Source of the DNA: Gracilinanus agilis | Lineage: Eukaryota | Length of the DNA stretch: 64,000 nucleotides | NCBI RefSeq assembly: GCF_016433145.1 | Contig: NC_058130.1 | Coordinates: 333,668,577-333,732,576, forward strand | Direction of reading: 5' to 3' | Shown here: in pieces, positions 50,965-63,410 of the stretch | Layout: every line of letters starts with the position of its first letter | How positions within the stretch are numbered: position 1 is the first letter of the stretch | Notes under the pieces: generated by a model | Databases searched by the model: none | Told to the model about the DNA's origin: nothing | What the model saw: only the letters and a program-made list of their open reading frames with translations | Translations under genes and position numbers: made by a program

Positions 50965-51114
50965 TCAAGGACCACTCTTGGGGAGTACAGTGCATCTGTA
51001 GCTACAAGAGGTGTGATGCATTCCAACAAATCCAGAGGTTTTGCTTATTGTCAAGGAGGAGGAGCAAGTTTTCGACCTCTGCACAAACCTCAGTGGTTCC
51101 TGATAAGTAGAAAG
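50965..51114 (+). CDS. RAD17: RAD17 coding exon 13: SRTTLGEYSASVATRGVMHSN...FRPLHKPQWFLISRK
   Basis: 150 nt. Confidence 0.96.
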
Positions 51115-52502
51115 GTAACATTGAAGTCACTGATGAAAAATTGTCAAGATCCCCAATTTACTTAGAAACAAGCCAAAACATGAGCAGAAATGCCATTTTG
51201 AATATTAAGTCTATTAACTTTTAAAGTATTTGAAAAGGAATGGGAAAAAATTAAGCTCATATAGGTATTCTAGCAATTTACACTTAGTGCAATGCGCTGC
51301 TAGGACATGGGTAGGTCTTGGTTTTGTTTTGCACTCAACCTATGATTTTATCCTAGAAGAAGTTCCCGCAACTTCTCCTACCAAAAAAAAAAAAAAAATC
51401 TGTTTCCTCTTCCACTTAAAATCTTAAGAGGGCGTAGGGTTCTGACAGTCACTTTGGCATAAAAGATAGAGAACAAGCCTGACTCGAGAAGTCCTGAATT
51501 CAGGGCCTACCTCTGACATACTGGAGGGGAACAGGATTAAGCATCTGACCTTTCAGTGCCCTAGGAGAGACAAAGACAAATCTATCAAGGAGTAATCAGT
51601 GAGCATTTATTTATTGAGTACCTACTCTGTGCCAGGCACTATGCTATTTGCTATTTACATTCTATGAGGAAGACAGAAAGAGAGGGCATCAGTGAGACAG
51701 AAATAAGTCAAATCCCTCCAAGAGTTTATATGAGGAAGTACGGGTGGGGATTTCACATATATCCATATTAGTAAATACAGTTATCAAAGAAGCATCAAGA
51801 GGGGGAGAATACTAATAACTGGAAGGATCAGAAGAAAGCCTTTTTTAGGAAGTGGCATTTGAGTCATGCAGTGAAGGAAATTAGAGATCATAAGAGGTGG
51901 AGTTCACAGGAAGAAGTGAGGCTTTTAGTTGGCTGAATAAAAATGTAAGATCAGCAACTTTCTTGGCTGAAAATTATAAGTAAAGGAGCCCCTTAGTAAT
52001 TTCCATTTGATTCCTCTTTGTAATCTATATAAGAATTCTGAGACTAGCCCTATCAGAGCAACCATTTACCATAATTCAGAATGGATATTTCTTATGCTTC
52101 AAGAAAATTCTTAGAAGACCAAACTTAAAGAGAGTTTTATTATGTTTCTTAAATAAAATAATTTGTAAATGATACTTTGTGGAGATAAAATTAAAACCCT
52201 GAAGGTTTTCAGATATTGAGGTTATTAAAAAATGTAAGCATGACATACTTCTATTTGGGGTTGGGGTGATTTAGGTTATGTGTTTATAAATAAAATTTCC
52301 TTAATTTTTACAGTGACATATTTTCCTACCCCTAGAGACCTTCTCTTGCTACATGGAAAAGCCAAAGTTCCTATTATAGATAGGAATGTTCTGACACATA
52401 AGTCACCTAAAGGTTCTTTAAGTCAATGCTGAAGCAGTTAATAGAGGGGTTAATTTGATCATCTAAAAAGTGCTTTGAAATTTATTTTAAAATGTAATTT
52501 AG

Positions 52503-52690
52503 AGGGGCAGCTGGGTAGGTAGCTCAGAGGATTGAGAGTCAGGCCTAGAGACGGGAGGTCCTAGGTTCAAATTCTGCCTCAGACACTTCCCAGCTGCATG
52601 ACCCTGGGCAAGTCACTTGACCCCCATTGCCCACCCTTACCACTCTTCTACCTATGAGCCAATACACAGAAGATGAGGGTTTAAAAAATG
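52503..52690 (+). mobile_element. Young SINE1_Mdo-type copy
   Basis: Full body followed by an A-rich and (TGAA)n tail. Confidence 0.88.
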
Positions 52691-52702
52691 TATAAATAAA
52701 TA

Positions 52703-52764
52703 AATGGATGAATGGATGAATGAATGAATGAATGAATGAATGAATGAATGAATGAATGAATGAA
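52703..52764. repeat. (TGAA)n/(TGGA) microsatellite derived from a SINE tail
   Basis: Read directly. Confidence 0.9.
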
Positions 52765-52829
52765 ATAAAATGTTGTAATTTCCTCAGTAGAATTTAATGA
52801 TTTTTATTTTTCTTCCTTTTGCTAAATAG

Positions 52830-52950
52830 TATCGTGAAAATTGCCTGGCAGCAAAGTCACTTTTTTCCAGTTTCTGCTTACCCCCTTTGTGTCTTCAAAC
52901 GCAGCTATTGCCATACCTGGCTATGCTAACTAATCCAATGAGAAATCAAG
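52830..52950 (+). CDS. RAD17: RAD17 coding exon 14: YRENCLAAKSLFSSFCLPPLCLQTQLLPYLAMLTNPMRNQ
   Basis: 121 nt. Confidence 0.96.
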
Positions 52951-54240
52951 GTAATAATAATGGACCTAAGAAGAGATGATGAAATATACCTTTCTCCTAT
53001 CAGTAAAGAGAGAAGTGACTTAAAAGGGAACAGTGTTGCATACATCATTAGATCTGGGTTTTTTTGTTTAACTGTTCTGATTTTTTACAAGGGATGAAGT
53101 ATTCAGTTCTGAGAATAGGCTAATATCCTGAAATGATTATGGTATTAAAAGGGGACTTACTACTTATTTATTATTAGTATTTTATTTTTATCAATTTATT
53201 TTTAAAGAAATCAAGATCATAATATGAATTTTAATTTTTCCTAAGAAGGATTTTTTCCCTAATCACATTATCATACTATATTCATTTCTCAGTATTGTGT
53301 GGTAAATATGCCTATTGCTTAATGTTCCATTAACCACCTATTCTTATACGGAGAAAATTACACTCATTTGATTAGTGCGTTCTTAGCCCCTTCTTTACAA
53401 ATATAATTACAATTTTATAGTAGTTCCCTACTCTAAAAAAGTAGTCTGCCTTAAAAGTAGGTTAGTTCTAACTCTGAGATCATAGTATATCCAGTTGACT
53501 CCAAATTTCTAGTTTAGTTCTGGGGGTAATCTGGGAGTTTGGGTACATGGGAATTGGGTCTGAAACTATGTACTATAGTATATGGGACCCCTAAATTAGC
53601 CCTAGAATCAAAACTGGCTTCCCTCTGGTTTCCCCTAAACTTGAACGGAACCAACTTAAAGGTATTTCATACTATGGTACTTAATAGAATGTTAGGCATC
53701 TGTAGTAGGTGCACTGAAACATTTTTAGATTTTTTCTTATTTAATAGACACTATCTTCCCCTTCATGAATTTATATCCTTGGGGCTAAAGCAAAATCAGA
53801 ATATCCATGGCTGAGAGGACAGTGTGATTTTTCCAAAAGCATTTTCCATGCTATATTTGGTGTCTTTTCATTACTTATTTTTTATGAGGAAGAAAGAAAT
53901 CTAATTCCCAAAGGAGCAATTTAAAAACTAAACAATAATACTCTGAAGCAGAAGGCTTATATGAAATGAAGGGAGATTGGTTCTTGAAGAGACTAGGAAA
54001 ATGGGCTTGGGAGGAAGGTGGGGAAGAGGGGTTGGGGAGGGAACAACAGAAGAAATCTCTGTCTGACCAGAGGGAAAGACTAGTAAGGTTAACTATATAG
54101 TTTTAAGAATCTTTTAGAAGGCAGTATTACTGATAAACAGTTCTTTCCTAATTGTGTCAAAAAGTATGTATATTAAGAATTTTGTGCCCTGAATATATTT
54201 GATCTAGTTTGAAATTAAGTTTTTTATTCTCCCTTTTCAG

Positions 54241-54298
54241 CTCAGATTGCTTTTATCCAGGATGTTGGAAGGCTTCCCCTAAGGAGGTTTTTTGGAAG
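54241..54298 (+). CDS. RAD17: RAD17 coding exon 15: AQIAFIQDVGRLPLRRFFG
   Basis: 58 nt. Confidence 0.95.
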
Positions 54299-54689
54299 GT
54301 AACCAGAGATGTTGGGCATTATTCCGTGACTTATTTCTATTTTACTTTAGTATTAGCAAACTGTTTAATCCAAGAAATCTATTTTATCTGTCATATTCCA
54401 AGTCAGTGATTTTAATGTCTGCAATTAGTCAGAAGCTACCATAAAAAGCCACTGTTAATATTTTCTACACTTCTTTTCTTTGCCAAATTGATTTTAGTAA
54501 TTGGGATTCTAAGATTATTTATTAGTAGTATCCAGTATATTTAAAATAGATACTTTTCAAATCATTAATATTTCTTTTGATCTTAAGTTCCCTGGAGAGA
54601 GATTCAAATTTCTTTCACTCTTCAGCTAACATAAAGCTAGAAATCAGCTTTCTGAAGTATTCAGTGCCTCCCTTCATATATTACTTTTT

Positions 54690-54990
54690 TTCCCCTTTAA
54701 GCCCTTCCCTTCTGTCTTAGAATGGGTTGCAAGGCAGAAGAGGAGTAAGGGATAAGCAGTTGGGGCTAAGTGACTTGTCCAGGATCACATAGCTAGGAAG
54801 TCTCTTGAAATCAGATTTGAACCTAGGACCTCCTCTCTCTGGGCCTGACTCTCTACCCACATGTATTATTATTTTTTTAAACCTTTACTTTCCATCTTAG
54901 AATCAATATTAAGGATTGTTTCCAAGGCAGAAGTGCAGAAAGGTCTAGGCAGTTGGGGTTAAGTGACTTACTCAGGGTCACACAGCTAAG
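54690..54990 (-). mobile_element. Two tandem SINEs, reverse orientation
   Basis: Two cccttcc/ctttactttcc tails with SINE bodies. Confidence 0.8.
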
Positions 54991-55249
54991 AATCATATGT
55001 TACTTTTCAACATATAATCTATCAGGAAACTTGGTTTATGACCATCCTTTTTATCATCTTATCATTAAAGTTTTATGTTGGAAGGAAATGCTTCATTGAA
55101 ATAGATCAAATGAAGCTATCAGCTAAATAATTTCAAAATTTTAGGGTAGGAGGAGGCAGTAAGGAAATTTTGTTAATTATCTTAATTATAGCATAGTTCA
55201 AAGAACTACACTAGTCTATTATTAATGGCTGTCACATGATTTTTAACAG

Positions 55250-55526
55250 ATTGAAAATGGAAGCCCTAACTGATAAGGATTCTGGAATGATAGACTCTAA
55301 CAGTGATGATGAGGCTAATCGTGAAGGATCACCACCTACAAAGATACTTATGCACAAGGACAAAATCAAAACTTCAGAGACTGATGCAGAAACATCATTA
55401 TTTCTTCCTTCGAGTCAGACTAGTGGAACAGATCTACCGGCCAGCCAGCCCCAGCCTGCTACAGCTCAAGGATTCATGGAGGAAGAAGAGATCACAATAG
55501 AGGAATATGACAGTGATGAAATGTAG
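55250..55526 (+). CDS. RAD17: RAD17 coding exon 16 (last): LKMEALTD...SSQ...ASQPQ...EEEEITIEEYDSDEM*
   Basis: 277 nt, TAG at 55524-55526; two SQ sites equivalent to human S635/S645. Confidence 0.96.
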
Positions 55527-56205
55527 CTAAATAACCTACTTGATGGTCAGGTGCTCTTTGACAAATTCATTTTAATTTTATTCAGTGGTAAATGAAGTTA
55601 CTTGAATAAAGTTAATGTGTTTCCAGTGAAATTATTGTATTGTGAAAGTCCACCTGTGTGGTGTATAGTCTATACTTGCAAAATGTATGTAGTCTGTACA
55701 CTTGTATTACTATACAAGTCCATTTTATGGGACTGATTATACCTTTAATGGGGAAAGAATAAATTCAATCAGGCTTTAAATGTTTAGCTTAAATCTGAAC
55801 CCTTTTTAAAGGAATATTGATAAAACAATCAAAAGACATAGCAAGCATTTTTATGGAAAAGTTACGAAGTTTTTGAAACACAGCAATTAGTAAATAGTAA
55901 GATCTTTTAAGTTATTTAAAAAAAAATTTCCACTAGTATTTATTTAGTTCTATTAAGTGGTGTACAGTGGAGAGGTCAACATTTATCAGCAAGTTCATGT
56001 GAAGGTTATGCTAAATTAAAAAATGTGAATTAATGCATAATTTGAGAATATTGTATATATAAACTGTAAAACTAAAATAGTTCACTTGTAAACTATTCAA
56101 GATGTAAATAAACTTAGAGCCTTATTACCATTTTTTGTTTTCCTTTACCTGTCTATTTTTATAAATGTTTAAAACGTGAAAGCCTATGTTGTGTAATTAT
56201 TTTTC

Positions 56206-56211
56206 AATAAA
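56206..56211 (+). terminator. RAD17: Candidate distal RAD17 polyadenylation signal AATAAA (others at 55605, 55758, 56107)
   Basis: Hexamers in an AT-rich 3' UTR; which one is used is unknown. Confidence 0.5.
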
Positions 56212-56379
56212 TTATGCATATATCTACTCAAAATGTATCATATTTTAAACAAAAAAATTAAATGCATTTTATTTCTTCAATATTTACGATTTCGGTGGCA
56301 CTGACTTCTCTTGTATTTAGTTATGGCAACGTAAATTTCCCCCATTATTAAAAGCTTTTTGATAGGTGAGTAAAAGAAG

Positions 56380-57320
56380 CAGAAGCTAGCGGTTGTTCCT
56401 TGCCGGCCATACCAAAATCTCTGCCCTTTGGCTTTCCCTGGGCGGTTTTCCGCGAGGGGGAGGTTGAAGGGGCGTGGATACGTTTCTAGCCTTTGATTCT
56501 CCCCAGCAAATCCATTTGGGACACCTTTACCCCATGCTTGCATCGTTGACTGTTCCCAGGAGCTTTTTTTGTCTAGGGGCGGGCGGGGGGCTCGGTTAAC
56601 TCAGGGAGCTGGGCTGGACCACCCCCAACCTGCGTCCAGGGCACTTCCGGTTCGGAGGCGGAGGACGTCAACCACCCTGGCCCCGCCCTGGGAGCCTCGC
56701 TTGGAGTTTCTGGTTCCCAGCCAGCACAGGTGAGTTTCCTATTAGGGAGTGGTGAGAGTGGCGGGCGGGCCACGTGACCCAAGAGCGCCCTAGAGCCGCG
56801 GGGAGGGGACGCTCGCAGGTGGGGGTGGGAACCAGGTGTGTGTGCTGGGCGGGCCCAGCCTCGGACCCGGGACTCTCGCTTTCCACCCCCAACTGCCGCC
56901 GTCCCGCTACAGAGCCACCCGCGCGGTAAGTGGAGACTCCCGAGGCAGAGGCGGGGGGTCCCCGGGCCGGGGAGCCGAGGGGCGGTAGCGGCTTCCGGAG
57001 GTCTCTGCGAGCCCCTGAACCAAAGGAGCTGGGCTACTCCTAAGCACCAGTGCGTCCGCCTTGGAGAGGGCAGGGGCAGGACACGAAGCACTACCCTTGG
57101 GCACCGGCTGCTCGGTGACTTGGAGTGGACTAGGACAGGGCTTCGAGCTTGACTCTGGCCCCTCTCCAGCTGGGGAGGGTCGGCCTGGGGCAGCGCCGCT
57201 TCCCAGGTGGCAAAACCCGGCCCTTAAATGGTTAAACGTCACTTTAAATTGTAGGTTAACGAAACCCCCTCCAGAACTGGTTTCAAAAAGCCGGTGGAGC
57301 TCCTCCTCCAAATTTAGGGG
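56380..57320 (+). promoter_or_regulatory. MARVELD2: MARVELD2 CpG-island promoter with non-coding first exon(s)
   Basis: GC boxes, ETS cacttccgg near 56643, CACGTG at 56771, donors CAG|GTGAGT (56729) and CGCG|GTAAGT (56925). Confidence 0.8.
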
Positions 57321-58949
57321 GTAGGAAGGAGCTGAACCTAGTATGACTGATTGCAGGGCTTCAGAAATGAGGCTGGCTTAGGACAGACCTGCTCAGGAAT
57401 GCTGACTATTTATAAGTGTTCAGTGTCAGTTATTATTATTATTTTTGGTAATAGAAGCAGCTGATGTAATGGAAAGAGCTCTGAATAGGAGCGAGGCATA
57501 GGATCTGGGCACAAATTCTTTCGTGGTCTGAGATGTATGATCTTAAGCAAGTCACTTGACCTATCTGAGATTCAAGTTCCTCAGCCGTAAAAAAGAGAAC
57601 AGACTTTTTGGTTTCAGGAGCACTTTACACATCCCCAAATGCTTTTATGTAGATTATCTCTGGAATTTTTATAGTATTAGTAATTAAAACGGCTTAGTTT
57701 TATTGTTAATATTATATAATTATTATGATGATGAAAACGCATAGTTTTGACCCAGCAGATCTCTAAAAGGGATAGATTGTTCTCTGACCAGAGTTGTAGA
57801 TCCATTGGACTAAATGACCTCTGAGAACTGTCCTTTCTTGCCCTAAAATTGTGATCTTTTGAGTCCAGAAACTGCGTTGCACAGAAACACTGAAAAACAT
57901 TTAATATTGTCCAACAAATTCTCTGGCTATATTTAAACTGACCGAAGTCTGGATCTGTCTTTGTCATTTGGGGGGAGGGAGGCAGGCTTGCTTGTGAGAT
58001 ATACTTAAACAAATTGCATATTCACGGGAGACAGTGAACACATGGAGAACCAAAACAAAGACCAAAAAACAAGCCAAACTGCTCTTGGATGCTGAACCTG
58101 TTTTTAAAAACACTCAGCTGCAAGCTCGAATCAAAATTTTAAAAACTTTTCAACTGGAACACCGCAGTAGTCCTTGAACTCACCTGAATGGAATGAATTA
58201 TTTAGAGTCCTTAGGAAGTGAATGAGGTACACTCATATTTAAGAAATGAATTAGCATCTCCACTAGCTACTATTTTGAAATCATACAGTTTGGTGGTTTA
58301 ATTTACTGTTGTCCACAGTTCTCCAAATGTCAGTGATGTCAAACATGTTCCTTCTCATCTCTGGGTTTCCTTTTTCCTCCTGTCAGATGAGGGAATTGAA
58401 CCCTTATAGCACCAATACTTCCTAATATTAATTCTATTGAAGTGTTATTGGCCAGGCTTTATTGTCATTGGTCCTAGAGAAACTGATGTATCTGTGAAAG
58501 TGAGTAGTTACCCCTTTGGTTTAGGGGCAGCATAACAGCAAATTCAGTCATTGACTTTCTCTGACAGTTTAAAATAATTAAGCACTGTGGCCTTCTATTT
58601 AAACTTTGTGAATTGTATAGTAGCTAATGGAGCAACAAATCTTTTATACATTCCCAAAGGATTTACTGATACTTGAGATGGGGAAAACTGAAATCTTTTT
58701 ATCCTAGGTATTACTTGGGCAAACTATTTTCTCATTTTGAGGATTCAGATAATTAATTGCAATCAAGAAATTTATTAAAATAATTCACTTTGGAATTGCT
58801 TGTCTGGCTCCAGGATGGGGGAGGGAAGAGGGGAGTGAGAACATGAATCATATAACCATGGGAAAATATTCTTAATTAATTAATTTTTAAAAATAAAGCT
58901 TCCTTTGGGCAAGGCAATAAAATAAAATAATCCACTTTATAATTTTTTT

Positions 58950-59145
58950 TAAAAAACCCTTAACTTCTGTCTTAGAATGGATACTAAGTATTGGTTCCAA
59001 GGCAGAGCAGAAAGGACTAGGCAATTGAGATTAAATGACTTGCCCAGGGTCACAGAGCTAGGACTTATTTGAGGTCACATTTTGAACCCAGGACTTCTTG
59101 TCTCCAGACCTTGCTCTAAATCCACTGGACCACCTAGCTGCCTCC
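58950..59145 (-). mobile_element. SINE1-type element
   Basis: aaacccttaacttctgtcttagaat...ctagctgcc. Confidence 0.8.
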
Positions 59146-60125
59146 ACTTCATAACTTTTATGGCACTTTGCAAACAAGGAACTTAAGTGCTGTTTTTGTG
59201 AATTCTTCCAGGTGATTCCTGAAATGCATTTTCCAGGTTTAAATAAAGAGAGCTAAAGGTCTATTCTTGAAGATCAACCAAAAGTTGTTATTAAAGTAAT
59301 GCATTTTGTGGAGTGATACTCCCTTTTCCTGGTTAAATACAACCCCATTGTTCTAAACTTCAGGATAGGGAACAAGGTTTATATTTTTTAAATTGCATAA
59401 TTTTGATTGATGTGCTTTTTTATGCTTTTTAGTTATTACATTTTTTGTTTTGAGGTGTTTTATCATCAAGGATTCAGTTTTGAAATTCCACATTGTCAAA
59501 TATTTATCTTTTCTGTTTTATATGGACCAGTTATGATGTTAGCTATTATGTTTAACCTGTGATCTTTATCAAGGAGCTCCCATAATGAACTTTCTTAATT
59601 AAGACAAAATTGATTCCCTGTACTATGAATAGCCTCCTAATTTGGGCTGAAAGAAATCTGAGCCACCTGAAAAGAGTATTGTTTCTTAACTCATCAAATT
59701 ACTGATATAATCATACTTTTAATATTTTGCTTCAACATCTGAGAACAGAAGTTTATTTGTGGTTTCTTATTAAAATAGTATATAAAACATCTGAAATAGC
59801 TTTTCATTTTTTACAATAATGTGTACATAGGGTTTCTTTAATCTAATTTACGGAGAACAAGGCTGCAAATATTTCATGTTATGTTTTGAAATTTAGAACA
59901 AGTTTTAAAATTTGGAAATTAAATTTGCATCTCAGGCTGTCTCTGTTTACTAGAATTGCTTAAACATGCAGTTCTGATTATTAGAAGCTTGGTTTCTGAT
60001 CCTCAGAATATGAACAAAAAGATAATTTTGGGTACTGCTTGTATAAGAGAAAGGGATAAACCAAAGGAGATTATAACTGCATAATATATAATTTTAATTT
60101 TCTGAAATAGGAGTAAGAATCACAA

Positions 60126-61271
60126 ATGTCGTCAAATGGCACAGTGCCTGAGAGATCTAGGAACCAAGGGAGGGTTTATGACCGTGTTCCAGTAGACTCC
60201 TCCTATCAAGATGGTACAATGAGGACACTGCAGAGTCTTCGAGACAGTGAATTAGCTGTGAGTGCAGATCCTTTGCCTCCTCCACCTCTCCCCTTACAGC
60301 CACCATTTGGCCCTGACTTTAATTCAAGTGACGCAGAAGAACCAGCTCTAGCCCCAGATATCAAACCTGTAAGGAGGTTTGTTCCAGACTCTTGGAAGAA
60401 CTTCTTTAAGGGGAAAAGAAATGACCCAGAATGGGACCAGCCCGTGTCTGAGATTAGGTATATTTCCGATGGTGTTGAGTGTTCCCCACCAGCCTCACCA
60501 GGAAGATCGAATCAACCCAGCTCCCATAAAGATCCATACAGAGAATCAAGTGGCACTTACAGTTCACGAAAAGAAACAGAAGCGTTTCTTCCTCAGGATC
60601 CATATGGATCTCTAGGACGCCACACACAGACGGCCCTGACTTACAGCGAGAAGGTGGAAGAGTACAACCAGAGATACTCCTACATGAAGTCATGGGCAGG
60701 ACTGCTGAGAATTCTTGGGGTTGTGGAGCTGCTTTTAGGGGCCGGTGTCTTTGCTTGTGTCACAGCCTATATACATAAGGACAATGAATGGTATAACCTG
60801 TTTGGATACTCCCAGCCGTATGGGATGGGCACGGGTAGCCTGGGCAGCACGTACGGAGGCTACTACTACAATGGCCCTAAGACCCCCTTTATACTTGTTG
60901 TTGCTGGACTTGCTTGGATTGCAACCATTATCGTTCTAGTTCTTGGCATGTCCATGTATTATCGAACCATCCTTTTGGACTCCAGTTGGTGGCCTTTAAC
61001 CGAGTTTGGAATTAATGTCTCCCTCTTCATTTTGTACATGGCTGCAGCCATTGTCTATGTAAACGATACCAATCGAGGTGGACTCTGCTATTATCCTTTA
61101 TTTAACACACCTATAAATGCATCGTTTTGCCGAGTAGAAGGAGGACAAATCGCAGCAATGATATTTTTGTTCGTCACAATGATTGTTTATCTCATTAGTG
61201 CGATAGTTTGCCTAAAATTATGGAGGCATGAAGCAGCAAGGAGGCATAGAGAGTATATGGAACAACAAGGG
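60126..61271 (+). CDS. MARVELD2: MARVELD2 (tricellulin) first coding exon: N-terminal cytoplasmic domain and 4-TM MARVEL domain, 382 codons; later exons not found in window
   Basis: Acceptor at 60110, ATG at 60126, donor GGG|GTAAGT at 61271. PLPPPPLP motif, Gly/Tyr-rich loop 1, two-Cys loop 2 and [16 protein letters not shown] match human. Confidence 0.97.
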
Positions 61272-61569
61272 GTAAGTCATAAAGCTGTTTTCAGATGAGC
61301 CCAATGAATATTTTTTTTTTGTCTTTTGTCTTTGAGGTTTCAATAAATAGTCCCATGCCAGGAGATCTACTAATAGTTCTTCATCTGTCCTACAGGACAG
61401 AAGGAATGGATCTGTTTGTGTAGAGGAAAAAATTTTTATCTTTTAGAGTGTAGAAATCCATGACCTATGCTACTGATAAGCCATGGCATTCCTTTTCTTC
61501 CAGGCCAGTATTTCAACATTGCATCACTTCAGAAGTGGGCAGCAGTTTTTTGTTTTGTTTTGTTTTGTT

Positions 61570-61763
61570 TTTAACCTTTACCTTCTGCCTTAAAATCAAT
61601 ACTATGTATTGGTTCCAAGGCAGAAGAGTAGTAAGGGCTAGACAATGGGCATTAAGTGACTTGCCCAGGGTCACCCAGCAGAAGGTGTCTGAGGTCAGAT
61701 TTGAACCCAGGACTTCCTGACTCTAGGCCTGGCTCTCAATCCACAAAGCTATCCAGCTGCCCC
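61570..61763 (-). mobile_element. SINE1-type element
   Basis: (GTTTT)n tail and SINE body. Confidence 0.85.
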
Positions 61764-62128
61764 AAACAATATATGGTTTGTCTTCTGAATCATTTCTATT
61801 GATGTTTGAGGTGAAAATGAGGTTGCTAACTAACTTGACTATATAATCTTTGAGATTTCTTCCAGGTTTAAATCTATGAACCTATTATCTTAGTTTTTAA
61901 TTATTAAAATAAAATTCTTAAGAGAATTCCAATAACTAATTCACTTTAAGAAGTCTCTTTTTTTGTTCTTTGATGTAAATCAAATTTTGTAGATGTGCTG
62001 TTAGGTATATAGTTTGCTAAATTGTTGGATAAATAAAATTCCATGAAACAGTGTATTTACTGAAATAAAACTGCAGCTGCCAAATCTAAAATTTTTTAGA
62101 AATAAATTCTTTTAAAATTATTCAACTA

Positions 62129-62325
62129 GAGGGCAGCTGGGTAGCTCAGTGGATTGAGAGCCAGGCCTAGAGATGGGAGGTCCTAGGTTCAAATCCGGCC
62201 TCAGATACTTCCTAGTTGTGTGACCCAGGGCAAGTCATTTAACCCCTATTTACTAGCCCTTACCACTCTTCTGCCTTGGAGCATACACAGTATTGACTCT
62301 AAGACAGAAGGTAAGGGTTTAAAAA
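62129..62325 (+). mobile_element. Young SINE1-type copy
   Basis: Perfect 15-bp TSD aaaattattcaacta. Confidence 0.9.
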
Positions 62326-63169
62326 AAAATTATTCAACTAACTGCTTTCACTTACAGACATTACGAAAATATCTGCTTGGCCATCTAAGAGCCTTTAAAA
62401 AAAAAAAAGAATTATAGCAAAACCTTTTGTTGAAATTAACTTTAATCAAACTGGCAAAAATCTTAAAGTACACTTTTTAAACTCCATTTTAAACTGAAAC
62501 AAATTAATGTTTTTCTTTCCTACTCTAAGGAAGTGTGTTTAGAGGAATTTCCTGTACCAATGAAAGGGTCAGTATTTATCTTCATTTCAATCTGAGTTGT
62601 AAACAGTCACCAAACCATAGATTCTCTTTTTGCCACACCAAGATGTCACAGACAGCTTTATAAAAAAGGACCTGCAATATAGTAGGGCTTAAGCTGCACG
62701 CCACCTGATCAAGTGAAAATTGACACCTGTGATGATATCATTCACCACCCTGCTAGACCTATCTAGCTGATTTATAGCTTAGTCTAAAAAAATGTGAATA
62801 ATTTAAAAATAAGCCCCCTGTGTATAGCATGAGGAAACTCAAAAGACCTTTTCTTTTCCAGGTGTTCTGCTTAAGTGATTGACACAAGATGCAGGTCTTA
62901 GGTTCCTAATACTGGCAGGGCTTACTCATTCTGTGCTAAAGCTCTTGTTACCTATGCACTTTATTTTGACTCACAAATCTAGAATATAAAATCTAATCTA
63001 AACTCTTCTTTTTCTAAGTATGGAAACAGAAAGACAGAGAAGTGACTTTTCCAAGATCACACAAGGGGTTGGTGGTCAAACCAGAACTGGAATCCATGTT
63101 TCAAAACAGCTGGTGAAGGGCTCTTTCCTCTATTCTACAAAGTCTTGGAAGCACTGACATTTATGTTGT

Positions 63170-63410
63170 AGTAGCTTTGGTGACACAGTGGATAGAGTTG
63201 CCCAGGCTGGAGTCAGCTAGACTCATCTTTCTAAGTTCAAATCTGGCCTCAGACATTTCCTAGCTGTGTGACTCTGGGCAAGTTGCTTAACCCTGTTTGC
63301 CTCTGTTTCCTAATCTGTCAGATGGGCTGGAGGAGGAAATGGCAAATCATTCTAGTATTTTTGCCAAGAAAACCCCAAATGGGGTCACAAAGAGTCAGGC
63401 ATGACTTAAA
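63170..63410 (+). mobile_element. MAR1-type SINE
   Basis: CORE plus ggagaaggaaatggcaa...aagaaaaccccaaatggggtcac RTE-derived tail. Confidence 0.8.

Larger units (their letters stand above)
31833..55526 (+). other. RAD17: RAD17 gene span (coding part): checkpoint clamp-loader subunit, 16 coding exons, 2076-nt CDS, 691 aa
   Basis: All exons join in frame. Walker A GPPGCGKT, KYNKL motif, two C-terminal SQ sites and an IxIxxYxS tail are present. Confidence 0.97.

Noticed and set aside
56573-57324. ORFs of 74-172 aa in the MARVELD2 island
   Set aside because: GC artefact with no recognisable domain.
60379-60939. Alternative-frame and antisense ORFs within MARVELD2 exon 2
   Set aside because: Shadows of the coding exon, with no independent support.
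61114-61128. N-A-S sequon in tricellulin loop 2 (human recalled as N-A-V)
   Set aside because: It is only about 10 residues from TM4, likely too close for efficient glycosylation, and the human comparison rests on memory.
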